Source: the human T2T-CHM13v2.0 reference genome, Homo sapiens
Length of the DNA stretch: 64,000 bases
Direction: 5' to 3' (one strand)
NCBI RefSeq assembly: GCF_009914755.1
Contig: NC_060932.1
The translations under genes and the position numbers were made by a program. Numbering within the stretch: position 1 is the stretch's first letter; the number at the start of each line of letters is the position of its first letter. The notes under the pieces are model-generated. The model was not told where the DNA came from, did not search any database, and saw only the letters and a list, made by a program, of their open reading frames with translations. This document shows positions 15,020-32,208 of this stretch, in pieces.

Positions 15020-17803
15020 TAAAACTAGTTTTGTAAAATAAAATATTAGTATGGCTGAAATCCTAATGTTTTAAATAGTTATAAAATGTCTTTATAGTTG
15101 AGAACCTAAAATGTCCAAGAAGAAACAGAAATATTTCAGCTCATGCATATACCATTTGCCACTTCCAACCAGTATGGCTGGATTTATATCTACTGACTGG
15201 CATGATCCCAGAATTCTGTATTGATGTATGCATTTAAAGACTTTCCTGTTGAAATATCATTCCTTAAATAGCTACCTTTCTAGAAGCTGGACATTTCTAG
15301 GGCCCACTAAATAAAAGAAAGCTTACCCTAGCAGGCTCAGTATTCCTCACTATAGTCTGGGAATATGGTTTCTACACTGGCACGCAAGCTTTCATCCTTA
15401 AAGCCACAAGCATTACTTTATCCCAACTTGATCTTGCAATATAATTATTAATTCCTCTTATTTAAGGTGGAGTCTTGCTCTGTCGTCCAGGCTGGAGTGC
15501 AGTGGCATGATCTAGGCTCACTGTAACCTCCGCCTCCTGGGTTTTTAAGCAACTCTCCTGCCTCAGCCTCCCATGTAGCTGGGATTACAGGCATGTGCCA
15601 CCACACCCGACTAACTTTTTTGTGTGTTTTTATTAAAGACAGAGTTTGACCATGTTGGCCAGGCTGGTCTGGATCTCCTAACCTCAAGTGATCTGCCCAC
15701 CTCAGCCTTCATTCCTTCTTTCATGCATACTTTGTACATGAAGGAGTTGCATCAGCAACCTAGAATTCAATTGCTTACATATATCAATGTGTGTCTGTAT
15801 GTAATGTATGTGCATGCATGTGTGCAAGGGAGAGAGGGAGGGAGGGGAGGGAGGAAGGTGGGGAGAGAGAGAGAGAGAATATATATGTATAATTTTTTTA
15901 TTTTTTGAAGCAGAGCCTTACTGTCGCCCAAGCTGGAACACAATGGTGTGATCTCGGCTCACTGCAACCTCTGCCTCCCAGGCTCCAGTCATCCTCCAAC
16001 CTCAGCCATCTGAGTAGCTAAGACCATGCCCAGCTAATTTTTGTACTTTTAGCAGAGATGAGGTTTCACCATGTTGCCCAGGCTGGTCTCGAACTCCTGG
16101 CCTCAAGTGATCCTCCTGCCTTGGCCTCCGAAAGTGCTGGGATGACAGGCATGAACCCACATGTCCAGCTGAGAATGTACATTTTTAAAAACTATTACTG
16201 GGGTCTTGACATCTTAACTCTGTCACTAAAAATGTGGGAGACATTGTACAAGTTACTTACCATGTTTAAGCCTCACTTTCTTCATGCATCAAATGGGAAT
16301 AAATAATAATTATCTCTATCTCAAAGTTTTTATGGATAAAGTGAGATAATTCATATAATTTTATTGAAACAAAATATTTTCTTTTATATCTGCTATTTAC
16401 TTTACAATTAAAGTAAATGGACTAGTTATCTCCTCAACTTATGTAGACATGAAGTTATCTAAAAGTTCTTACCAAAGTTGTAAGTCTCAAGAATTCACAA
16501 ACCAGGGTGATTTGTATTATATCAAAAAGTCTGTCACTTTCGAATAAACCTTAATATTTTCTACCAATATTTTGTGAACTTGCCTTGACAATCAGGCTTT
16601 TTCCCCTTTAATTTCTATTACTATGTTACAATTTAAATGTGGTTAATCCTGTAACAATAGCCTTAAATTTTGTTCACAGCTTATAATTTTGTGAGGCCTA
16701 TTAAGGGATTTTCCAGAGGGGATACTTGTGCCACTTACAACTATATATATATACACATATATATTACTGAAAGACTTCCCTCACGTATCTGGGAAGCCCC
16801 TTCAGTCTTAGACGTCAGCAGACTCACTGTGCAATGTAGTCAGGAATGGCAACAGTACCGGTTGCCTCAAGTTCTGAACTGTGTGCTCTGCTCTACTGCT
16901 GCCTTGCTGAATGACCAGATCCCTTCCATCCCTCCATCTCTCTGTGCCTGAGTCTCCTCATCTGCAACATTGGAATAATTATATGCATCACCTCCTTACT
17001 GAATAGGAGTATAAGATAAAGTGTTTAAAAGTGCTATGAGATGTTGGGGTGGCACAATATTTATCAAACTTATAAGATTTCTGTTTGTTTTTAAACTTAT
17101 AAAAAGGTATTTCTTAAACTTTCTAAAGTTTTATATAAAAATCTCAATTAAATTATCTAGTTTATTTAAATTAATTATCTGGAAACTCGAGGATTAGAAA
17201 GAGTTATTTTCTCTGCATCATTTATCTCTTTCAGTCCTTCTTCCAAGCAATATGTTGCCGAAAATGTAAACTTAAGGATGAGGAATTGGAATCCCGTGGC
17301 ATATTTATGTGATTTTAAATCTATTTTTGTCATCTTTATCTTAAACTTTTGAAAAAACAATTCTTTCAAAATATAAACTTGAAAGCTGAACCATCTTTGA
17401 TTAGGATTTTAGTTTTTATCATTGTTTTCATATACATTATATTGATTATTCTTAATTTTTGTATAACTGCATATATCCTTTTGTATTCTATATTATTCAT
17501 ATAGTCTAGGTTTTTGTTTTCTATGTCAGTGCTTAAGACTGGGAAATAAGTAAAATGTGCCATAATTCATTTTCTATACAACTAAAAAACTAAGTTACTG
17601 ACAATATTCTCTAACTGGCCTGGAAAAAGAACAATACTCTATCAAACGTAATTTCTTTTTCTGACAATCAGAATTAAAATAAACAGAAAACGAAGCAGAA
17701 ACTTTCCATAGGTAATAGATAAGTGTTTCATAGGCTAAAGTACAATATGGAGACCAAAAGGCTGAGAAATACTTTCCGAAGGCAAAGTAAAAGAACAAAA
17801 TGA

Positions 17804-18100
<297 letters not shown>

Positions 18101-18245
18101 TGAGCTACCACACTCGGCCTACATACTAATTTTTAAGGTATTGCAGCGAAAGTGTCTAAGTTCTTATACAATTTGGCTCATTACTTAACCATTTATTTTA
18201 AATTTGACTAAGCTTTACTTCAATAATTAATTTTATATAACTCAC

Positions 18246-18439
18246 CACTTTTGCATCAATTGCAACCTGAGCAAAGCCTCTGCGATGACCCCATACGATG
18301 TTATAAGTTTCATCACTAATTAGGGCTTCTCGAACTCCACCTGGTGAGATAGCTAACAAGTGGCCACTCCTCAGAATTTCAACACATTTTTCTCTTGGTC
18401 CATGTAGAGCACAAAACACATCCAGTAATAAACTAAACC
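18246..18439 (-). CDS. TMEM68: TMEM68 coding exon 3 (GFSLLLDVF...SPGGVREAL...GFAQVAIDAKV)
   Basis: TTACAG|GG acceptor, GTG|GTGAGT donor, 194 nt; PGGxRE and GF motifs typical of DGAT2/PlsC-like acyltransferases. Confidence 0.97.
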
Positions 18440-21095
18440 CTGTAAGAAACATGAGTATGAAGTTACAACATAAGTATTTCTTGTTTAATTCTTCAAAAGA
18501 AAAATCTTCACAAACTACATAGTGTACTATTTATACTTAAATCAGTAAACTTTTTTACTTGTTAAAATCAACAAAAACTCTAAAGGTTAACTTAAGCTTG
18601 ATATTAAGCTTCTCTGGCTCAAATTCTTAAGTAAAACTCACAACAATCTTGACAAACAGGTATTCTTCTCCCCACTTTACAAATGAGAAAACTTGGGCTT
18701 ACAGAATAATAGCTTGCTCAAAGTCACACATCTAAGAAGTGGCAGGGCAGAGATTCCAGAGATAGGATTCTAATGGGATTCAGAAATGATATCCCATCAG
18801 CAATCAGAAATCTAATCTTCCATTAACCCTATAAAAAAGAGAATCACTCAGGAGAATGTGAATCAAACTACGCTTAGCTCTTCCAAAACTGGCAAGACCA
18901 TGATCAAATCTATTTAAATTAAAAGTTAGATAATGCTAATTCTATAATTAAATTTTTAAAATAGCAAACATCATTAAGAGATTTTAATAAAGTGAGAGTG
19001 CTTGACTCAAGAGCAGCTAATTCCAAGTCTTAATATTATACAGCTTTTCAAATTACAACTGTTTATGGATGAAAGAAATAATCCTGTTAGTAATTAAATA
19101 TTTTAATCAAATCCCATACTGAAACTTCTGAGGACTGATGTTAGTATACATTATTCCCTGAGAATGGGAAATATAGCGATGCATTTGATGTTAAAAACTA
19201 CGCAGACTGGTCAGGCACGGTGGCTCACGCCTGTAATACCAGCACTATGGGAGAAAGAGGCAGGTGGATCACTTGCGGTCAGGAGTTCAAGACCAGCCTG
19301 GCCAATGTGGTGAAACCCTGCCTCTACTAAAAATACAAAAATCAGCCTGGCATGGTGGCACGTGCCTGTAATCCAGCTACTCAGGAGGCTGGGGCAGGAG
19401 AATGGCTTCAACTCAGGAGGGGGAGGTTGCAGTGAGCCAAAATTGTGTCACTGCACTGCAGCCTGGGCAACAGAGCAAGACTCTGTCTCAAAGAAAAAAA
19501 ACAAAAAACACTATGCAGACCAACCAAACTTCTCATTAAAGATCTGAGGCAAGTTTATAAATAGCATTAAGATTAAAATAATTGTCAGACCGGGTGTGGT
19601 GGTTCACACCTGTAATCCCAGCACTTTGGGAAGATGAGCGGGCAGACCACCTGAGGTCAGGAGTTTGAGACCAGCCTGGCCAACATGGCAAAACCCCATC
19701 TCTACTAAAAATACAAAAATTAGCCGGGCATGGTGGCGCACGCTTGTAATCCCAGCTACTCAGGAGGCTGAGGCAGGGAGAATTGCTTTAACCCGTGAGG
19801 CGGAGGTTGCAGTGAGCAAAGATCAAGCCACTGCACTCCAACCTGGGCAACAGAGCAAGACTGTCTCAAAAAAAGTAAAAGAAAAGAAAATAATTGTCAC
19901 CCCACATTATATTAAATGTTCACTGATTCAACTAGATGCATTCTCATAATGAATGAATGAACAGGGAAGGATTCATACATAATAGGATAAAATATAGGAT
20001 CCCTTTTTTTTTTTTTTTTTTTGGAAACAGGGCCTTGCTCTGTCACCCAGGCTGGAATGCAGGGGCACAATAGTAGCTCACTACGGCCTTGCTCTACTGG
20101 GCTCAAGCGATCCTCTCACTCAGCCTCCCAAGTAGCTGAGACTCCAGGCACTGTGCCACCATGCCTGGCTGATTTTTTTATTTTTATTTTTAGCAGAAAC
20201 GAGGTCTTGCTATGTTGCCCAGGGTGGTTTCAATCTTCTGAGCTCCAGCAATCCTACTGCCTTAGCCTCACCAAGTGCTGGAATTACAGGTGTGAGCCAT
20301 GGCACCCACCCTAAAATCTCTCTTGTGCTGAGAATTATAATGATTTTATTCCTTCAGAAAGCAAAGAAAGACTTAAGGTCTTAGTGTCTTAAGGTCTTTA
20401 ATGATCTTTATGATCATTAAAAAGATCATAAAGAGGAAAATTTTTTGAAAAAGGCAAATGCTAAAAATATTCACATTTTATTATTGCTAAAAACGAAAAA
20501 AGTAGAAGCAACCTAATGCTCCATTAGAGAAAAACAGTTAAGTAAATGTTCTAGTCATACACTAAACGTTTTTCTTATAAAACATGGTAAAAATATTAAT
20601 GCTAACATTAAATCTTAAAAAAAAACCCCACAAAACTGTTTGCCTATGTTACTGTAAGTAAAAAAATGAAGTAAAATAAATCAAAATGAAAACATTATGT
20701 TAAGATGGTAAGATTATAATGATGTTCTGTTTTTTAGTTTCCAAATCTACTATAGTGATCATGTTAGTTTTTAACAGAAAACATAGCCATAAACAATATG
20801 TTTATACACAAATGGCTTTTTAGTGACACATGGATACCCAAAGCATTAACTGTTTATAGGCACTGAAGTAGATCATTACTTAATTCACTGTTTGGTTGTG
20901 TTTGTCTGGTTGATGTGTCAGCTTTTGCTTTTATACCAGAGAACATACTAACAACTCTCTTGGCTTGTTTCTGGTGATTCAGTGACAGAAGAAAATAAGA
21001 TTTAATCTCAATGAGTTTACTCAAGAATGATTTTTGAAAAACTCTAAACCATTTGGTTAATTAATCTTTTTTTAAAAAAAATATAAGGTCGGCTA

Positions 21096-21371
<276 letters not shown>

Positions 21372-21427
21372 TCAAAATGAATAAATATGTATATACACAC
21401 ACACACACATACACACATATGGCCAGC

Positions 21428-21724
<297 letters not shown>

Positions 21725-21725
21725 A

Positions 21726-21770
<45 letters not shown>

Positions 21771-22250
21771 TACATACACACACACACGTGTATATATATA
21801 TTTACATATACTTATATTATATATATAATACATACATATTATATATTTATATTACATAAAATACATATATTATGTAATATATATTTATATTATATATAAA
21901 ATACATACATTATATAATATATATTTATATTATATATAAAATACATATATTATGTAATATATATTATATATAAAATACATACTTATATATATATTATATA
22001 TAAAATACATACTTATATATATATTATATATAAAATACATACATTATATATTTATATTATATATAAAATACATATATTATATAATATATATTTATATTAT
22101 ATATAAAATACATATATTATGTAATATATATTTATATTATATATAAAATATATAGTATATATTTATATTATATATAAAATACATATATTATATATTATAT
22201 ATTTATATATATTTATATATATTTATATACACACACACACACACACACAT
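21725..22250. repeat. AT-rich minisatellite (about 40-nt unit ATATATTTATATTATATATAAAATACATATATTATGTAAT) between (CA)n runs
   Basis: Repeated TATATTATATATAAAATACATA cores visible directly. Confidence 0.92.
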
Positions 22251-22518
22251 AGCCTTTATAAACAGATTTTTTTAAATGTAGTCTTCACGGCTGGGTGCAG
22301 TGGCTCGCACTTGTAATCCCAAAACTTTTGAAGGCCACAGTGGGAGGATCACTTGAGCCCAGGAATTTGAGACCAGCCTGGGCAACATAGCAAGACCCCA
22401 TATCTAAATAAATAAACAAATATAAATAATGTAGTACTCAATCTTATTGTTATAAATCTTATCAGGCAAGTTACACATGATAAGAGACATGATGTATGTA
22501 CTTTTTAGGGTAGTATAA

Positions 22519-22722
<204 letters not shown>

Positions 22723-23513
22723 TAGTAGAGACGGGGTTTCACCATGTTGGCCAGGCTGGTTTTGAACTCCTGACCTCAGGTGATTTGCCCACCTCGTCCT
22801 CCCAAAGTGCTGGGATTATAGGCATGAGCCACTGTGCCCAGCCAAGACAAAATATATCATGACTTTTTTTTTTTTTACTAATTTTAATTTGCTATCAAAC
22901 TGAGAGTTATCAAACTCTAATTATAACAAAATTAAACTCCAAAAATCAGTATTTCATGAAAAAATTCATTATGTGAAAAATCAACTATGCGCTAAATCAA
23001 AATATAAATTGGCAAAAATCACAATTTGCTTTTTAAAAGTTACAGTTCAAGATACAACTTAAAAAAATAACAATACCTGCTTATAAAGGAAAAAGTTACT
23101 AATTGAGAATATTCAGACTTCACCACTACACAATATATGCATATAAGAAAGCTGCACTTATACCCCTTTAATATATAAAAATATATTTTTTTAAAAAGGA
23201 AAATTTAAAATTATTTTTTAAAAACATTATATTGTATGCCATAAATACAATTTTCACTTAAAAATAAACAATTTTAAAATGTATAAAATAAAAAATGAGC
23301 TAACATTTTTGGCCACAATGTCTTTATTTTTAGATATATTGCCTAAAAAGGATAATTAGATATTCCCATATTAGAGTTCCAAGAGTGTTATACACACCCT
23401 AAAAGGCAAAAAGCTTTTTCAAATGACGTTAGAGAGCTCAGGATAGAGACGACCACATAACTTGGTTTTGTTAATAAAACATTTTTACATTACTATCTAC
23501 AGTGAAAGTTTAC

Positions 23514-23681
23514 CTGGAATTTTAAAGACAAAGTGATCAGCTACTACTCGGCAAGTTCTGCCTTTGTGTATAAATATTTTAGCCATGAAATAGTAAAAAT
23601 CTATAGGAATAGCTCCATGATAAAAAATTATAAGTGCTGGTCCATCTTCTGGTATTTTTTCCATTCCATGAACTTCATAAC
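23514..23681 (-). CDS. TMEM68: TMEM68 coding exon 2 (YEVHGMEKIP...FYHGAIPIDF...FKIP), carries the acyltransferase H130-x5-D136 motif
   Basis: AAACAG|GTTATG acceptor, CCAG|GTAAAC donor, 168 nt, phase 1-1, in frame with neighbours. Confidence 0.97.
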
Positions 23682-23829
23682 CTGTTTGAATGACAAAATG
23701 CAAATACTTAAAATATATTCATTAATTCGTTTACAGTAAAGGATGGTTGGTAGCTCAGTCTTTTCTCACAAAAGTACACTAGTCTTCCTGGTTCTCTTCC
23801 CCTTTCCCCCTTCTTCCCTCTCTTTCCTC

Positions 23830-26230
<2,401 letters not shown>

Positions 26231-26546
26231 TTAGTAACATAACAATGTTAATTTTCCAATTTTAATGGGTTTACTGAGGTTAAGTATGAGAACATCCTTA
26301 TTTGCAGAAGCCATCAAGTAAGTTACAACTTCCCTGAGATAACATGACCTACAGTAAATTTAAAAATGAGTCATAAAATAATTCATCAATAAAAGCAAAA
26401 AAAGTAGGCCAGGTGTGATGGCTCAAGCCTGTAATGCCAGTTCTTTGGGAGGCCAAGGCAGGAGGATTGCTTGAGGCTAGGAGTTTAAGATCAGCCTGGG
26501 CAAATCAGTGAAATCCCTGTCTCTACAAAAAAAAAAAAAAAAATTA

Positions 26547-26940
<394 letters not shown>

Positions 26941-29902
26941 TTATATATACACAGATATCATAATGCTGTAAACTTTAAGTTCATTCACAAACATAAGACT
27001 TCATTTTTATGCATTTAAACAATTCTTTAGAAATTTCCTCATTCTATTCATGAAAAAAACAAACATGATTTTGTACAATCTTATTACATGTGGGGGAAAA
27101 ACTTTAATCACAGATTTGAACTAGACTACAAGAAAATCTCTGTCCTGTAGAAGCGAGATCAGAGGCTCATGCCATCCCTGCCCCTTCCTTCCACACTGCA
27201 AGCCCTATTTTATGTCTCTGTAAACAGAAGAAAGGGTTTCAGTAGTGGGAGTAAATGACAGGATGAAAGGTGGTGGACCTGGAGAAGGGATGACATCTGG
27301 AAGCTTCCTGCTAACACAGCCTCAGTTCCAGGCTGGCTGTTTTTTCTCCTCCCTTAGCTAACATTACCTGCCTGCTGTTCTCTATATGGCTACCAAGGCC
27401 AACAAATTTACTTCTTACAGCAACGCTGTGCTGTTGGCAGTTAGTAGGGAATAGAAAAGACTTAAGTAAGATCCAACTATGCCTCAGAGGAAAATCACAG
27501 AAGTTGGGAAGTCAGGATATTCTAAGGAGTGAATAAAATGGTGATCATGGCACTAGCCATAAGATCCACATTCCCTTCCCATGTCACCACTGTCAGACAC
27601 ACCATTACAGACCACAGCCTCCACGGGTCCTGGCAAAAAGAAAAAAGTGAGCATCCAGAGATCAAGGGCAGAATCAGGCTCAAAGAAAAAGCGTGAAAAA
27701 GAAGGAAATCTAGAGTGGTTGTAATAGGAAAGGAAAGTAAGTTCTTAGGGCCATATTCCTCCACATAGAACAGCTGTCTCAAGAAAGGCTGCCACTTGTA
27801 TAGAAGACAAAAGTAAAGTCCAGAATATGGAAATCTGAAAATATTAGTCTGTTTCTTTCCTTAAGTGTATTCCTGTCTGATCAGCTACGAAATAAACATT
27901 CAAAAAATAAAGACTTCAGTCTAAATTCCAGAGCAGAAAATACATTTCTAAAGTAGTTTATAAGGTCTTCACAAAACAGATTAAATTAAGTATGATAACT
28001 GTGATTCTAGTATGAAATAAGCTACTCAAATGGACTTGAGAATGTTTTGAAAAATAATTTAATGATATTCCAAGATTTTGTATGTTTCCATATTATATCA
28101 TTTCTTTCCAATTACATAATTCTAACTCAAGTAATTCAATTTACTTTAAGCTCTACAAAACAGTCACTGAGTTTGAGGATCAACTGTCCCATCAAATACA
28201 TTTTCTGAGCATTAAAGAAACTCCTTTGAAGGATTCTATACAGAATATTACCAAGGTTCTCTCTGGTTTTACAGAGTATTTTTTTAAATAATAAACAATT
28301 GAACTACTCACATAATACCAAACCACCTGGTTGAAAGCAGAAAAATCCAACTAATCAAATATTTAAAAAAAATAGTTTACTATAGTGCCAGTAAACCTTA
28401 AAACCTAGGGCTATTTAACTGTGTCACTCTTAAAGCAGATGTGATCATACTACTCCCTGCTGAGAAAGTATCAGTGCATTACCACTCTAGTCCAACATTT
28501 TCAAGCCCCTTGAGGCCCCAATTGCCTATAAAGTGACATTACATTATTTCATGTATCATATGAACTAACTGTGGCTCCCAGAGTACTTTTCCACCTTTGT
28601 GCTTCTGCTCACATGGTTGCTATTACTTGGAGCACTTCCAGTTCATGTTTCCCTGTCTAGCAGTAGAAATCTTACTGGACTTTAACTCCTCCTCCCTCAA
28701 GACTCTACACTCAGTCCCCAAGTTCTGTTTATTTTACCTCCAAGAGCTCTCTCAAATGTATACTCCCAGGTATCTGGGGTTGTAACCTGGCCCTATTCCT
28801 AGTATACCTTGGGCAAATAACAACCTCTCTGTGCCTCAGTTTCCTCATGAGTATAATCGGGGTACCACATAGACTCCATTATGTTAATGAGATTTAAAGC
28901 AGTTAATTTATATTAAGCAATTGACAGTGTCTGGCATAGGTAGGTGCTCAAAAAAAATTTGTAGGTTCGTTAAGTATGTATGTAGTATTAAAATGAAAAT
29001 ACATTAGTCTAATAAGCATGTCACTGGTGATTTCTGCTAATAGCAGCCTAATAGTTCAGTGATATATATCCTCAAGTGTCTTTTAAAGTCTGTGCTTCCT
29101 TCCATGTCCTTCTATGAAACCACTGTGATGCTCAACAACATAATACAGAAAGCCAATGTTTGTTACCTGCCTATTGAATCTTCAGTATTTTTGTGTAGTC
29201 TAAAAACAAAAGAGACCAACAAACTAGATATTGTTGGAATAATGAAGTAAAAGTTGGTAGAGTGAAACACTAACCACTTAAAAATAGGCCACCAGAAGGC
29301 AATTTTCATGATGGCCAAACAAAGAAGAACCACCAATCATTAAGTATACAACATCAAAATTTCTCGAGTAATAAAGAAAAGAATGACTATCCTGGAGAGA
29401 AATCTATTGCTATCTTATTTATTCAGAAAGACACACCAACCTCAGGAATGAATCAACAGAAAATGCATAAATTTTGGTATGCAAATTATATTTAATGTAA
29501 TATTATTTAATATTTCATTTTTTTAAATCCACACTGGTAGAGTCAAACTTATTTTGAACAGAAGTAAATGCTAAATAATTGAAGCATTTTTAAAGCAGTT
29601 TTCTACAGCTTTATTTAGTCTCTTACTCTTTTAGATGTTTTAAATATAAATTTTCTTATTTCAACTTATAGTCTACAGTGCTGCGTGGTTCTTTGTTTAA
29701 TGGAAACCAACGTCTATGGGAAAACTCATTTTAAGAAAGACACATACATATGCACAATGCATGCAAACAGGTAACAGGGAATAGTAAATATCACTTCTAT
29801 TATATTTTTCAGTATCTTCTCAATCAATAAAATGGAATGGTAACACAGTTCCAATGCAGCACACATGAATGGCAACACAAAGGTGAAAGTATCCTTGCTT
29901 AC

Positions 29903-30227
29903 CATGCCAAACGGCTGCATGTCCATCCCACAGAGTTGCCACTGTTTTCCTTGCACCATCCCATAAATTATGAGAGTAGGCTTCTTTCAATACATTCTTT
30001 CTCTTATAAATGTGTAAGAAAATAATAGTAAGGTAGAGAAGAAAGATAGTAAAGTAAGGAAGTATTAAAAGTATTAGTGGTGTAAAAACCCACAAGAGAT
30101 AGTTTGCAAAATTCAAATAGTCCTCCAACTGCTCCACACCAAACCATTCTTCGAGTATGTGAATCAGACAAATCATATAGGGCACAGAATCCTGTCCTAC
30201 ACCACAGGTTTGATTTTTGTCTATCAT
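29903..30227 (-). CDS. TMEM68: TMEM68/DIESL first coding exon, aa 1-109 (MIDKNQTCG...AAVWHG); hydrophobic TM segment, N-glycosylation sequon NQT; exon extends 5' to acceptor at 30296
   Basis: Translation matches the known TMEM68 N-terminus. Acceptor TTTTTCCCTTCTAG| at 30297/30296; donor CATG|GTAAGC at 29903/29902; 325 coding nt. Confidence 0.97.
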
Positions 30228-30233
30228 TTTTCT

Positions 30234-30275
30234 TCAGGTGAAAATGACAAATTCAGTTTCTTTCTTCATTGCCAT
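30234..30275 (-). CDS. Upstream ORF in TMEM68 5'UTR, MAMKKETEFVIFT*
   Basis: GCT ATG GCA ATG AAG AAA GAA ACT GAA TTT GTC ATT TTC ACC TGA AGA AAA ATG(main). The ORF is seen directly; its translation is not shown. Confidence 0.6.
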   Translation of the reverse strand: MAMKKETEFVIFT

Positions 30276-30734
30276 AGCAGGTCGCTAATTTTGACACTAG
30301 AAGGGAAAAATAATCCAGTATTATTTTCTCCACAGCTATAAAGTTAAATGTTTTACTCTACTTAAATAGCATATAGAGTCATTTCTTAATACCCAAAATG
30401 AGTAGATGGTTAATGGTTAACTTTGTTGCAGATTTAAATGTGAAAATTATAAGGTTTCATCTGTCTGCTCATGAAGTATGTCGTGTTTAGCTTTTGAAAT
30501 AATTCACTATAATTGAGAGAAGAAAATAAAGCTATAATTAAGAGAAGAAAATAAAGCTGATGAGGAATATAATTTCAGATTGATTTTAATAATTTGACTC
30601 ACATCTTAATTGGATCATGTTGAAAAATTAGATCTTAAACCAGGTCACATTGAGATAATTTTTTTTTCTTTTTTGAGATGGAGTCTCACCCTTTTGCTCG
30701 GGCTGGAGTACAGTGGCACGATCTCGGTCACTGA

Positions 30735-30959
<225 letters not shown>

Positions 30960-31073
30960 TGAGATAACTCTGCACAAAAGAAAACATGTTTTTATCTTAA
31001 ATCTTAAATGACTGAAAATATAGCTGTATAATTATTTTACAAATTCACTCTCTAAAACAGTCATTGGACTTAC

Positions 31074-31118
31074 CAGAAGTTAGATAAATATCTTGTCCCA
31101 AACTTCAATGTCTGTATT
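31074..31118 (-). other. TMEM68: TMEM68 predicted 45-nt non-coding exon 2
   Basis: Minus strand: TTGTTTACTGTGCTTTCCAG|AATACAG...CTTCTG|GTAAGT, a good acceptor and consensus donor in unique sequence. Confidence 0.7.
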
Positions 31119-32049
31119 CTGGAAAGCACAGTAAACAAATGTAAGAAATAAATTACTAAGAAAAAAAAAGATAATCATTAATACCTAGAGTTAGCATTTC
31201 TATAAAATAAACAGCAAGAGACATTCATAAATGTTTAAGAAATATGATTATAGGCCCACACTGGTATATTACAATTAAAAAGTACACTCATGCTACCATT
31301 GCTTTGGTGAAGACAACTCTACACTGTTTAGTGCCACTATATAGAGCCCCACCTAAGAATTTATTTTAAACAAAGTTTTCAAAAGCTTTGTTTCTTAGGA
31401 GAAAAAGTATGAAGATGTATAACTGACTATGATTCTTTTTAGTAACTTTGCCAGATAACCTGAAGGTGAAACATAACATTCAATTATACAATTATATTAG
31501 CCCTATGATAATATTTTCCTACAAAAGATTTCCTTTCTCCATACTTTGATTGTATTCTTAGAACTATTTTATCATTATTCCATACTATATAATCTTACTG
31601 AAAATTATCTCAAGTCCTTTGTAGCTGAGGCAAAAAATGAATAAATGAAAGCAAAGGATGAAAGGAGAGGAGGAGATGTACATATAAGAAAAATGTATTG
31701 TTTTTATTCTAAGATTATCTTGCTAACTGGCTTATTAGGAGGGCAGGCACTGACTTGTTCTCCCAGGAATGAAACATTTCATCTAACTTCCTTGTAACCA
31801 ATAGCATTTACTTGTGAGAAATCTGGTCTGTTATGGTTACAGGAGATGAACATAGCAAACATTGAGCCCACAACTTGGGCTTTATTTACATCATCATCTA
31901 ATCAATCCATATAAAAAGTCAAATCACCAGCTGGGCGCAGTGGCTCACTCTTGTAATCCCAGCACTTTGGGAGGCCAAGGCAGGCGGATCACCTGAGGTC
32001 GGGGGTTTGAGACCAGCCTGACCAACATGGTGAAACTCCATCTCTACTA

Positions 32050-32208
<159 letters not shown>

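Noticed and set aside
21725-22250. Repeat array considered as CRISPR-like
   Set aside because: No unique spacers, eukaryotic context; simple AT minisatellite
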